Assembly: GCA_038065095.1 (NCBI GenBank)
Contig: JBBTRR010000007.1
Span: forward strand, 1 to 46,111
Length of the DNA stretch: 46,111 bases
Direction of reading: 5' to 3'
Source of the DNA: Patescibacteria group bacterium
GTDB taxonomy: Bacteria; Patescibacteriota; Minisyncoccia; JACQLN01
The translations under genes were made by a program, and so were the position numbers. Under the pieces are notes generated by a model. The model did not search any database, was not told the DNA's origin, and saw only the letters and a list, made by a program, of their open reading frames with translations. Below are positions 7,294-16,439 of the stretch, piece after piece (positions within the stretch are counted from its first letter, which is position 1; each line of letters starts with the position of its first letter).

Positions 7294-8286
7294 ATGAAAA
7301 CTCAATTGATCCATAGTTTTGAAGACATTATTAGCCCTGATAACTTGTTATTAGCTTGGCAGGAGTTTATCAAAGGCAAGAGAAAAAGAAAAGATGTACA
7401 AGAATTTCAGATGCAGTTAATGGATAACATATTTTCTTTGCATTCCGACTTAGTCAGTTTTACATACCGACACGGCAGTTACCAAGCTTTTAACATCTCC
7501 GATCCTAAACCAAGAAACATACATAAGGCCACAGTTCGGGATAGATTATTGCATCACGCTATATACCTAATTCTGTATCCTTTCTTTGATAAAACTTTTA
7601 TAGCCGATTCTTTTTCTTGCCGAAAAGAAAAAGGCACGCATAAAGCCTTAAAAAGGTTCAAATATTTTTCTTACAAAGTTAGTCAAAATAACACCAAAAC
7701 ATGCTGGGTGTTAAAGTGCGACATTAAAAAATTCTTTGCCAGTATTAACCACGAGGTTTTATTAAACATACTGGTTGAATACATACCAGACAAAAATATT
7801 ATCTGGATTTTAAAAGAGGTTGTATCAAGTTTTAAAATTGGTTTGCCACTGGGCAATTTAACCTCTCAACTCTTAGTGAATATCTATATGAACGAATTTG
7901 ATAGATTTGTTAAGCATAAATTAAAAATCAAGCATTATATTAGATACGCTGATGATTTTGTAGTTTTGTCCGAGAATAAAGAATGGTTAGAAAAACAGAT
8001 TATTTTTATTAAAGAGTTTTTAAATAAAGAATTAAAGCTATCTCTACATCCCGACAAAGTATTTATTAAAACTCTAGTTTCAGGTGTGGATTTTTTGGGC
8101 TGGGTGCATTTCCACGATCACAGAGTTTTAAGGACTACAACCAAAAGAAGAATGATTAAAAGAATATATGAGAATCCAAAACCAGAAACGATAAATTCTT
8201 ATTTGGGTTTGCTAGAGTGGGGGAATACTCAAAAAATAAGAAATAAAATAATCATAAATCTTACTAATCTTACTAATCTTACTTAA
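7294..8286 (+). CDS. DGR reverse transcriptase
   Basis: PKPRNI..ATVRDRLLH, KCDIKKFF, GLPLGNLTSQ, RYADD, GVDFLG; start taken at MKTQ. Confidence 0.95.
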   Translation: MKTQLIHSFEDIISPDNLLLAWQEFIKGKRKRKDVQEFQMQLMDNIFSLHSDLVSFTYRHGSYQAFNISDPKPRNIHKATVRDRLLHHAIYLILYPFFDKTFIADSFSCRKEKGTHKALKRFKYFSYKVSQNNTKTCWVLKCDIKKFFASINHEVLLNILVEYIPDKNIIWILKEVVSSFKIGLPLGNLTSQLLVNIYMNEFDRFVKHKLKIKHYIRYADDFVVLSENKEWLEKQIIFIKEFLNKELKLSLHPDKVFIKTLVSGVDFLGWVHFHDHRVLRTTTKRRMIKRIYENPKPETINSYLGLLEWGNTQKIRNKIIINLTNLTNLT

Positions 8287-8317
8287 CAAAACTCACGATC
8301 GTGAAAAGTGTTAAGTA
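8280..8317. repeat. 38-bp imperfect palindrome centred on CGATCG
   Basis: TACTTAACA-N7-CGATCG-N7-TGTTAAGTA. Confidence 0.7.
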
Positions 8318-8348
8318 TGAATTTATTTATAATACTATTGTTATTGCT

Positions 8349-8377
8349 TTGACATAGTTCAAGTATTTTTCTATCAT
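8349..8377 (+). promoter_or_regulatory. Sigma70-type promoter of the polyamine fusion gene
   Basis: TTGACA-17 bp-TATCAT. Confidence 0.55.
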
Positions 8378-8412
8378 TCCATCAAATAAATTTTTTCATT
8401 ACAGACAAAATT

Positions 8413-10599
8413 ATGGTCGCTTCAATTATAAATTGTGCCAATCCCGAAGAAGCTGATGTGGTTTTAATTGGCGTAAATTACGATGTTACGTCTTCTTTTA
8501 GCAAAGGCGCCGATAAAGGCCCGTGGGCTATAGTTGATTGTTTGCATACGCAAATAGAATTTTTTGAGAGGCACACCAAAACTTCTCCAGCCGAAAATTT
8601 AAAAATTGCTTACCACGATATTGGCGATACTAACAATTTATCGCCAGAAGAAATGGTGGAATATGTTCGTTCCATACACGAACATTATTTTTCTTTGGGA
8701 AAATTTGTAATTGTTTTAGGTGGAGAACATTCTGTTACAAATGGTCCGGTACAATCTTTGGCCCGGCAAGGGTTAGCCGAAAGCGTTACTGTGGTGCAAA
8801 TTGATGCGCATTTTGATTTACGCGATACCGATGCTGATTTTAACGATACGCCTTACGGCAAGTATTCCCATGCTTGTGTAATGCGCCGAACATTTGAAAA
8901 TGGTTTTGATACTGTTCATATAGGTATAAGAGTTTACTCTCAAGATGAATACGATTTTGCCCGTGAAAATAATTTAAAAGTTTTTGAATGGGGTAAAAAT
9001 CGACAGCCGTCGTTTCGCGAAATAATTAATTCTATAAAAACCGATAAAGTTTATTTAACACTAGATGTAGATGGAATTAATCCTGTTTATATGCCAGCCA
9101 CAGGCACGCCAGTACAGGGAGGGTTAGATTGGGAATATTTATATGGTTTACTGGAAGAACTTTTTAAAACAAAAGAAGTGGTGGGTGCTGATATTGTAGA
9201 AGTTGCCCCGCGCGTGGGTGACACTTTAACCGAATATGGCGCGGCGCAAATTTGTTATTCATTAATAGCTTATAAAACAAGAAAAAATATGAAACAAGAA
9301 GCCGTCATAGACGAGCCTCGCCCTGAAGGGCGGGAAAGCGAGGCAGAATTTGAACTTAGCGATTCAGATAATTTTTCCGAAGAATTAATGGCGGAAGAAA
9401 ATTTTTACGAAGAAATTAATCAAAATGAGTTACAGGGTAAACCGGTAATTGGCCACTCGGTAGATAAGTTAGATTCTCTTAGAGAGATTTTTGAAAATGC
9501 TTTGCCAGCTTTTGGCGGCGCTTATTTAAGAAGAGTTTATACAATTTTACGCGAAGCTGTTTTAAATAATGTGCCACTAGTGGTTACAGTGGCTGGGCCT
9601 ATAACAGTTTCCGATCAGCATCGCGCTTGGTTGATTCCGCTTTTAGAAACTGGCTGGGTAGCATACTTAACAGTTACCGATGCTATTTGTTACCACGATG
9701 GTCACGATGCTTTGTATAAAGCCGAAGCAGGAAACCGTTCTATAAAAGAAGTAGATATTTTTGGTGATGATGGGGCATATCGAGAAGCTGGAATAATTCG
9801 TGTGGCGGATACTGGTTTTAAAGAAAAAGTATTGTTTGATCAAGACCGAATGATAAGCGCTATTTTACAGCGGCCAGAATTTCAAAAACGCATGACTACC
9901 ACCGAACGAAATTATCTTTTGGGAAAATATTATGAAGCACAGGAAAAAGAAGTTGGTGTTCGCTCTGGATTACTTTCTACTTGTTCTAGACTGGGTATCC
10001 CTGTTTTTGTGGGAGCGCCGGCCGATGGTAGTGCTTTTTTAAATTCTGTTAAACTTTGGGCACTTAATCGTGTTTCGAACCGTCCTTATTGGTTTGATTA
10101 CGATTTACATGCTGATGTTTTCGAAAGTTGTGCCTACCATTATTGGGGTTTGTTTAATTCTGAATCAAAAGCGTTAGGTGTTTTAATTTTAGGTGGCGGT
10201 GTGCCCAAAAATTATAGTTTGCAACCCGAACCTACGCTTTCACAAATATTTTTATTAGACGGTATTCGTGGCTACGATTACGATGTTCAGATAGTTTCTT
10301 CGCCAGTAACCGATGGTAGTTTGTCTTCGTGTTTCCCTTCGGAGGCTGTTTCGTGGGGCAAAATAAACCCAGAAACTTACCGTCAACAAACCGAGAGTTT
10401 GCAAGCCGATTATTCTATGGTGATGCCATTTATAGTTAAAGCTCTGTTAGATGACCCAACTTTACCTAAAAGAAATCAGCTTGGTTTATATTATAAACGT
10501 ACTGAACTTACAGACAATCTTTTTGATGCTGTGGCTGAAAATCAGTCTACAATAGAAGAAACTCTTAGCTATCCTTTGAAAATTATCTCTAAGTCATAA
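8413..10599 (+). CDS. Agmatinase (ureohydrolase) fused to a deoxyhypusine-synthase-like domain
   Basis: N-half GGEHS, DAHFD, SHAC, DVDG, ATGTPVQGG, ADIVEV; C-half GIPVFVGAPADGS, ILGGGVPKN, DGSLSS..PSEAVSWGK. Confidence 0.9.
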   Translation: MVASIINCANPEEADVVLIGVNYDVTSSFSKGADKGPWAIVDCLHTQIEFFERHTKTSPAENLKIAYHDIGDTNNLSPEEMVEYVRSIHEHYFSLGKFVIVLGGEHSVTNGPVQSLARQGLAESVTVVQIDAHFDLRDTDADFNDTPYGKYSHACVMRRTFENGFDTVHIGIRVYSQDEYDFARENNLKVFEWGKNRQPSFREIINSIKTDKVYLTLDVDGINPVYMPATGTPVQGGLDWEYLYGLLEELFKTKEVVGADIVEVAPRVGDTLTEYGAAQICYSLIAYKTRKNMKQEAVIDEPRPEGRESEAEFELSDSDNFSEELMAEENFYEEINQNELQGKPVIGHSVDKLDSLREIFENALPAFGGAYLRRVYTILREAVLNNVPLVVTVAGPITVSDQHRAWLIPLLETGWVAYLTVTDAICYHDGHDALYKAEAGNRSIKEVDIFGDDGAYREAGIIRVADTGFKEKVLFDQDRMISAILQRPEFQKRMTTTERNYLLGKYYEAQEKEVGVRSGLLSTCSRLGIPVFVGAPADGSAFLNSVKLWALNRVSNRPYWFDYDLHADVFESCAYHYWGLFNSESKALGVLILGGGVPKNYSLQPEPTLSQIFLLDGIRGYDYDVQIVSSPVTDGSLSSCFPSEAVSWGKINPETYRQQTESLQADYSMVMPFIVKALLDDPTLPKRNQLGLYYKRTELTDNLFDAVAENQSTIEETLSYPLKIISKS

Positions 10600-10600
10600 A

Positions 10601-10638
10601 ACGTGTCCCGAGCTTACGATCGTAAGCTCGGGACACGT
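10601..10638. repeat. Perfect 38-bp palindrome centred on CGATCG
   Basis: ACGTGTCCCGAGCTTACGA|TCGTAAGCTCGGGACACGT. Confidence 0.9.
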
Positions 10639-10646
10639 GTGGATAT

Positions 10647-10674
10647 TTGACCTTGATAGTGGGGGGGGTATACT
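10647..10674 (+). promoter_or_regulatory. Sigma70-type promoter with a G8 tract in the spacer
   Basis: TTGACC-TTGATAGT-GGGGGGGG-TATACT (16-bp spacer). Confidence 0.55.
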
Positions 10675-10719
10675 TATAAGTATAAAAAGTTGAGTAATAA
10701 AATTAACTAATAAATTTAT

Positions 10720-11207
10720 ATGAATTTAGAGTCATCCTTTGAAAGGAGCGGAGAAATGAAAAAAGAAATGAGTAAAGAGGAAGAACTAGAGTTAAGGAAT
10801 CGTGTTATAGGCAAATTAGAAAAAAAGAGGAAGAACGTTTTGCCGAGCGAGAAAATAAAACCCTAGAAGAAAATAGGGGTCAGACTTTTGAACAAAGAGA
10901 CGAAGAGACTGCTAAAGCCGCCGCTCTTTGGAATCTCAGAGAGCAATTGGCTGGGAAGGAAGAATTTGTCTCGGCAGAATACGGTGGTTTTTTTGGAAAA
11001 CTGATTAAAGGTTCGGAGAAAACTAATATAATAGAGGGTAAACCAATTCCCCAGTTAATAGAAGAAATTGAGGCTTATATAGCTAGAGATCGTGAAGAAT
11101 TAAGACTTCTCCAAGAAGCTGGCGAGAAACCTTCTAGGATTTTGACGCGGGGACTAAGTATTCAAGAGAAAAAAAGAGAACTCATCAGAGAACTTACTGG
11201 TTTGTAA
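10720..11207 (+). pseudogene. Frameshifted or -1 recoded helical hypothetical protein (about 162 aa if joined)
   Basis: ATG 10720 frame stops at 10866; the -1 frame from the A7 run at 10820-10826 is open into ORF 10947..11207. Confidence 0.6.
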
Positions 11208-11242
11208 TAATATTTTTGTTAAGTTTACTATTCAACATATTT

Positions 11243-11274
11243 AAACCGCCCGCTTAATTGTGCGAGCGGTTTTT
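11243..11274 (+). terminator. Intrinsic terminator
   Basis: AAACCGCCCGC...GCGAGCGGTTTTT. Confidence 0.6.
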
Positions 11275-11327
11275 CATCTCAAATACTACGGTTTGATTAC
11301 ACACTAGTAGTGTGTATAATAAATATT

Positions 11328-11582
11328 ATGAATAAGACCTCAACACGTGAAAGAATTAATATAACTCTGCCTAGAGAAACGCTTGAACTTATTGATAAAC
11401 TTTCAGAGAAAAGAGGTAGAAGCGGTTTTCTTAATGATGCTGTTAATTTTTATGTTGAAAAAAAAGGACGAAAAAATATCAGGCGTTTTTTGAAGGAAGG
11501 TTGTATTAAAAATGCTCAAAGGGATCTAGATATTGCCAAGGAATGGTTTCTTTTAGAAGAGGAAGTATGGCCAAAGAAGTAA
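11328..11582 (+). CDS. CopG/RHH antitoxin
   Basis: RINITLPRETLELIDKL...RSGFLNDAV ribbon-helix-helix, overlaps the toxin. Confidence 0.8.
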   Translation: MNKTSTRERINITLPRETLELIDKLSEKRGRSGFLNDAVNFYVEKKGRKNIRRFLKEGCIKNAQRDLDIAKEWFLLEEEVWPKK

Positions 11583-11932
11583 AAATACCAGTTAGGGGCG
11601 AAATATATTTGGTTGGGTTTGATCCAGCTTTTGGTTCTGAAATCAATAAAACAAGGCCAGCTTTGATTGTGCAAAACAATATTAGCAACAAATATAGCCC
11701 AACAACCATTGTAGTCGCTATTACTTCTGTTACTAGCGGTAGAGACTATTCTACCAATGTTTTTCTTAAGAAATCAGAAAGTGGTTTAGAAAAAGATTCA
11801 GTGGTGTTATTAAACCAAATTAAGACTATTGATAAACAGCGGTTGATAAAAAAAGTAGGCATTATAGACAAGGTATTGATGGCGGATGTGGATCGGGCTT
11901 TGGAAATCAGCTTAGGTTTGGTGGATGTTTAA
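11567..11932 (+). CDS. PemK/MazF-family toxin
   Basis: RGEIYLVGFDPAFGSEINKTRPALIVQN, QIKTIDKQRL. Confidence 0.92.
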   Translation: MAKEVKIPVRGEIYLVGFDPAFGSEINKTRPALIVQNNISNKYSPTTIVVAITSVTSGRDYSTNVFLKKSESGLEKDSVVLLNQIKTIDKQRLIKKVGIIDKVLMADVDRALEISLGLVDV

Positions 11933-12090
11933 CTTAGCTTTTAGCTATTGACCCGAGTGGGGTTGATATATTACAATTGGCTTGCGAATATCAAGTTGGT
12001 TGAATAGAGCATCTTGGATAGGGTAGTTTTTACCTTGTCTTTTTATCTTCTTTTAATTAAAATTTTAAAAAATAATAATCATTAAAAATC

Positions 12091-13284
12091 ATGGCAGACA
12101 AATTTGAACGCACTAAGCCGCACGTTAACGTCGGCACAATCGGTCACGTTGACCACGGTAAAACCACATTAACAGCCGCTATTTTGCATGTCCAAAATAT
12201 GAGGGGACTTGTAAAGAAGATGGAAAAGGTGGATGACATTGATAATGCTCCAGAGGAAAAAGCTCGTGGTATTACTATCGCTTTGCACCATTCTGAATAC
12301 GAATCTGAAAAGCGTCACTATGCTCATATTGATGCTCCTGGTCACGCTGACTATATCAAAAATATGATTACCGGTGCCGCTCAGATGGACGGCGCGGTTT
12401 TGGTGGTTTCTGCGGCTGACGGCCCAATGCCTCAAACCAGAGAGCATATTCTTTTGGCTCGCCAAGTAGGTGTGCCTGCTATTATTGTTTTCTTAAACAA
12501 AGTAGACCAAGTTGATGACCCAGAATTGATAGATTTGGTAGAGGCCGAAATTAGAGAACTTTTAAACAAATATGAATATCCAGGCGATACCACACCTGTT
12601 ATAAGGGGTTCGGCTTTAAAGGCTTTAGAAGCTAAGTCGGCCGATGATGAAGGGGCTAAGCCAATTGTAGAATTGGTAAAAGCTATGGATGATTTTATTC
12701 CTGAACCAAAAAGAGAATCCGATAAACCATTTCTTATGCCCATCGAAGATATTTTTTCTATTGAAGGCCGAGGCACAGTGGTTACTGGTAGAATCGAACG
12801 CGGTAAAATTAAAATAAACGAAGAAATAGAAATTGTAGGTTTACGCGCAACTCAAAAGACAGTGGTTACTGGTATCGAAATGTTTAATCGATCGCTAGAC
12901 GAAGGACAAGCTGGAGACAACGCTGGTATTTTGCTTCGTGGTGTTAAAAAGGATGATCTTGAACGCGGTCAAGTTTTGGCCAAACCTGGTACTATTACTC
13001 CTCATACCGACTTTGAAGCCGAAATTTATGTATTAACAAAAGAAGAAGGTGGTCGTCATACTCCTTTCCTTAAAGGTTATAAACCTCAATTCTATATAAG
13101 AACCACAGATGTTACTGGTGAAGTTATTTTGCCAGAAGGTACTGAAATGGTTATGCCGGGAGACACAGTTAAACTTGAAGTAAGATTGATTGCTCCGGTA
13201 GCTATGGAAGAGAAGCAAAGGTTTGCTATAAGAGAAGGAGGTAAAACAGTAGGCGCGGGTGCTGTTACTAAAATCATAAAGTAA
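12091..13284 (+). CDS. tuf: Elongation factor Tu
   Basis: [28 protein letters not shown]. Confidence 0.99.
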   Translation: MADKFERTKPHVNVGTIGHVDHGKTTLTAAILHVQNMRGLVKKMEKVDDIDNAPEEKARGITIALHHSEYESEKRHYAHIDAPGHADYIKNMITGAAQMDGAVLVVSAADGPMPQTREHILLARQVGVPAIIVFLNKVDQVDDPELIDLVEAEIRELLNKYEYPGDTTPVIRGSALKALEAKSADDEGAKPIVELVKAMDDFIPEPKRESDKPFLMPIEDIFSIEGRGTVVTGRIERGKIKINEEIEIVGLRATQKTVVTGIEMFNRSLDEGQAGDNAGILLRGVKKDDLERGQVLAKPGTITPHTDFEAEIYVLTKEEGGRHTPFLKGYKPQFYIRTTDVTGEVILPEGTEMVMPGDTVKLEVRLIAPVAMEEKQRFAIREGGKTVGAGAVTKIIK

Positions 13285-13314
13285 TATCAAACCCGAAAGT
13301 TGCACTTTACTAAA

Positions 13315-13656
13315 ATGGCTACGACAACAAAGAAGACAATTGCCGAAGAAGTTAAACAAAGGTTACGCATAAAAATAAAAGCTTACGATAGTAAGATAAT
13401 AGACACATCTTGCCGTCAGATAGTTGATATTGCTTTGCGTAACGGTGCTGAAATTGTGGGTCCTGTGCCGTTGCCTACCGAAATTCACAAGTATACGGTA
13501 AATAGATCAACTTTTGTACACAAAGATTCTCGAGAACAGTTTGAAATGAGGTCTCACAAAAGATTGATTGATATTTTAAATCCAAGCCCAAAGATTATTG
13601 ATTCATTAATGAATTTAAACTTGCCGGCCGGGGTGGATATTGAGATTAAGATGTAA
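13315..13656 (+). CDS. rpsJ: 30S ribosomal protein S10
   Basis: [31 protein letters not shown]. Confidence 0.97.
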   Translation: MATTTKKTIAEEVKQRLRIKIKAYDSKIIDTSCRQIVDIALRNGAEIVGPVPLPTEIHKYTVNRSTFVHKDSREQFEMRSHKRLIDILNPSPKIIDSLMNLNLPAGVDIEIKM

Positions 13657-13746
13657 TCTTGGTAGAATCTTTTTTGAAAAGCAAGATATAATGTTAGGAT
13701 AATTGGTTTCCGGAAAAGCCGGGTTTACCCCGGCTTTTTCAATGCT

Positions 13747-14355
13747 ATGAAATACATAATAGGAGAAAAACTTGGTTCAACGCAAATACTAAATGATAAG
13801 GGAGAAATAACTCCCGTTACTTTGGTTAGCGCCGAAGATGCGGTTGTTTTGCAAATTAAAACACCCGAAAAAGATGGCTATACATCGGTGCAGGTTGGAT
13901 CAGGTTTTAAAAAGGAAAAGAATTTATCTAAAGCACTTAAGGGACATTTTAAAAAATTGGGTAGCTTTAGCATTGTTAAAGAATTTAGGGTGGCTGATAC
14001 TTCTGGTTATAATATTGGTGATAGGCTGGCTGTGGCTAATTTTATACCCGGAGATTTTGTTAGAGTAAGTGGTAAATCTGTTGGGCGGGGTTTTCAAGGT
14101 GGAGTTAAAAGGCACGGTTTTAAAGGTGGTCCAGCTTCGCATGGTCACCGCGATGTTTTACGTAAGCCAGGTTCTATTGGTGGGCGTTTTCCTCAAAGAG
14201 TATTAAAAGGAAAAAGAATGGCTGGCCGAATGGGTCAAGATAGAGTTACGGTTAAAAATATTGAAGTTATTAGAGTTGATGCAGAGAGAAAAATTATTGC
14301 TTTAAGAGGCCCTTTACCGGGTAAAAATGGAACAGTGGTGGAAATAAGAACATAA
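13747..14355 (+). CDS. rplC: 50S ribosomal protein L3
   Basis: GRGFQGGVKRHGF, RKPGSIG, KGKRMAGRMG. Confidence 0.97.
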   Translation: MKYIIGEKLGSTQILNDKGEITPVTLVSAEDAVVLQIKTPEKDGYTSVQVGSGFKKEKNLSKALKGHFKKLGSFSIVKEFRVADTSGYNIGDRLAVANFIPGDFVRVSGKSVGRGFQGGVKRHGFKGGPASHGHRDVLRKPGSIGGRFPQRVLKGKRMAGRMGQDRVTVKNIEVIRVDAERKIIALRGPLPGKNGTVVEIRT

Positions 14356-14363
14356 ATATTTTC

Positions 14364-14460
14364 GGAAACATTATCCCTCGCAGACGATATGGAGCCTCTC
14401 TATTTATATTTATATTATATAAAAAATATTCTCCATAATGCTGCTCGGGACGATGTTTCC
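14364..14460. repeat. Long intergenic stem-loop element (paralogue at 19374-19500)
   Basis: GGAAACATTATCCC-TCGCAGACGATATGGAG...CTCCATAATGCTGCTC-GGGACGATGTTTCC. Confidence 0.75.
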
Positions 14461-14482
14461 TTAGTCATAATTGATAAATAAA

Positions 14483-15100
14483 ATGCAAACCAAGCTATAC
14501 AACAAAGAAGGGATGGAGGCTGGCAATATGGAATTGTCGGAGCGTATTTTTGGTTTGCCACAAAATTTAGATTTAATTCACCAAGTTAGAGTAGGTATTT
14601 TAGCTAACCGAAGAAAACCAGTGGCTCACAGCAAAGACAGGTCTGAAGTTAGTGGAACCGGAAAAAAACCTTGGCGTCAAAAGGGAACTGGCCGTTCTAG
14701 ACATGGTTCTAAAAGATCGCCTATTTGGGTTGGTGGTGGAGTGTCCCATGGCCCAAGAAATGATAAAAATTATTCTAAGAAAATAAATTCACAGATGATG
14801 AAAAAGGCTTTAAATACAATTCTTAGTTCGAAATTTAAGAATGGTCAGGTAAAAATTATAGAAGATTTTTCTTTAAGTGATGCTAAAACAAAAACATTTA
14901 AAGAAATATCTAATAAATTTTCTGGTGGCGATACCAGAAAAGTTCTTTTGGTTTTACCATCAAGAAATGAGAATATTTTGAAAGCTAGTCGCAATTTAAA
15001 TGTTTTAGTAAATAGCGTTTTAGGACTAAGTTTTTTGGATGTGCTTAGGTCTAACGAGATTATTTTTACAAAATCAGCTGTTGAAGCTTTAAATAAATAA
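14483..15100 (+). CDS. rplD: 50S ribosomal protein L4
   Basis: KDRSEVSGTGKKPWRQKGTGRSRHGS. Confidence 0.97.
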   Translation: MQTKLYNKEGMEAGNMELSERIFGLPQNLDLIHQVRVGILANRRKPVAHSKDRSEVSGTGKKPWRQKGTGRSRHGSKRSPIWVGGGVSHGPRNDKNYSKKINSQMMKKALNTILSSKFKNGQVKIIEDFSLSDAKTKTFKEISNKFSGGDTRKVLLVLPSRNENILKASRNLNVLVNSVLGLSFLDVLRSNEIIFTKSAVEALNK

Positions 15101-15101
15101 C

Positions 15102-15485
15102 ATGGCATTATTTGGATCAAATAAAAAAGAAAAGAAAGCCGCCTCGCCAAAGGCGGGCGAGCCTCGCCCAAGAGGGCGGGAAGAAAAAAATGCTGTATCT
15201 TTGGGTGGTAATTTTAAAATTTTAAAAAGACCGATTATTTCGGAAAAGGCTTTAGGTTTGGAATCTCGCGGAGAATATGTTTTTATGGTTGAGCCTGATG
15301 CTAATAAACCAGAGGTAAAAAAAGAAATAGAAAGAAAGTATGGTGTAAAAGTTGAAAGAGTAAATATTATGATTTATAAATCGGAACGTGTTTTGTTTAA
15401 GGGTCGTGTGGGATCAAGAGGAGGGTTTAAGAAGGCTATGGTAAAATTGGCTCCCGGTTATAAAATAGAAATTTTGCCTAAATAA
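15102..15485 (+). CDS. rplW: 50S ribosomal protein L23 (N-terminally extended)
   Basis: PIISEKA, YVFMV..DANKPEVK, FKKAMVKL. Confidence 0.93.
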   Translation: MALFGSNKKEKKAASPKAGEPRPRGREEKNAVSLGGNFKILKRPIISEKALGLESRGEYVFMVEPDANKPEVKKEIERKYGVKVERVNIMIYKSERVLFKGRVGSRGGFKKAMVKLAPGYKIEILPK

Positions 15486-15486
15486 A

Positions 15487-16314
15487 ATGAGATTTTATCG
15501 TCCTACATCACCAGCAGTAAGACAGATGACCGGCATTGAATACCGTAAGTTTATTACGGAAAAAAAACCAGTAAAAGCTCTCACTATTAAATTAAAATCA
15601 AGGGGTGGTAGAAATAGCAAAGGCAGAATCACGGTTCGCCACCAAGGCGGTGGTGCCAAAAGAAGTTACCGTATGATTGATTTTAAACAATCTAGTTTTG
15701 GTGAACCGGCTAAGGTGGAAGCTATAGAGTATGATCCATACCGCACCGCTTTTATTGCTAGGGTTGTTTATATGAGTGGAGCCAGAAACTATGTTATTGC
15801 CCCACAGGGATTAAATGTTGGTGATACTATAACAGCTTCTAATACTGTAATTGATTTAAAAACAGGTAATCGTTTGCCGTTAAGAGATTTTCCTTTAGGC
15901 TCTTTTGTTTACAATGTAGAATTAAAACCTGGTCAAGGTGGAAAGTTGGCAAGATCTGCCGGAACTTCGATTAAGGTTATGGCTAAAGAAGGAAATTTTA
16001 TAAGCTTACAAATGCCTTCTGGTGAAGTAAGAAAAGTTTTGGATATGTGTTTAGCTTCTTTGGGTTCGGTTTCCAATCCAGAGAAAAAAATGGTGGTTAT
16101 TGGTAAGGCTGGTAGAGCACGCCATATGGGTACTAGGCCAACCGTCAGAGGTTCAGCTATGAATCCTGTGGATCACCCTTATGGTGGTGGTGAAGGTAGA
16201 CAAATGAGAGGATTAAAGAGGCCTAAAAATGCTTGGGGTAAGGGTACACGTGGAGTCAAAACTAGACGTAGAAAGGCTAGGTCAAATGTGTTTATAATCC
16301 AAAGAAGGAAGTAA
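15487..16314 (+). CDS. rplB: 50S ribosomal protein L2
   Basis: GRITVRHQGGG, IEYDPYR, RGSAMNPVDHPYGGGEG. Confidence 0.98.
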   Translation: MRFYRPTSPAVRQMTGIEYRKFITEKKPVKALTIKLKSRGGRNSKGRITVRHQGGGAKRSYRMIDFKQSSFGEPAKVEAIEYDPYRTAFIARVVYMSGARNYVIAPQGLNVGDTITASNTVIDLKTGNRLPLRDFPLGSFVYNVELKPGQGGKLARSAGTSIKVMAKEGNFISLQMPSGEVRKVLDMCLASLGSVSNPEKKMVVIGKAGRARHMGTRPTVRGSAMNPVDHPYGGGEGRQMRGLKRPKNAWGKGTRGVKTRRRKARSNVFIIQRRK

Positions 16315-16439
16315 ATTCAAAAATAAAAAATTAAAATGAAAAATTACAATTCAAAATTAAAAATTTATGATAAGTCTGCCAAAAGGCATAATAATTTTTA
16401 TTTTTGCATTTTAAATTTTAAATTTAAGCAAAAGCGATT

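Larger units (their letters stand above)
5800..8286 (+). mobile_element. Diversity-generating retroelement (target-VR, hairpin, TR, avd, RT)
   Basis: All canonical components present with adenine-specific TR/VR differences. Confidence 0.95.

Noticed and set aside
7300-7330. TGA read-through (code 25) giving avd an in-frame upstream ATG
   Set aside because: TGA terminates rplN and other genes and prfB with its CTT-TGA site is present, so TGA is a stop
7294-8286. RT as a group II intron, retron or CRISPR-associated RT
   Set aside because: Short RT with GNLTSQ, an adjacent Avd and an A-specific TR/VR pair identify a DGR
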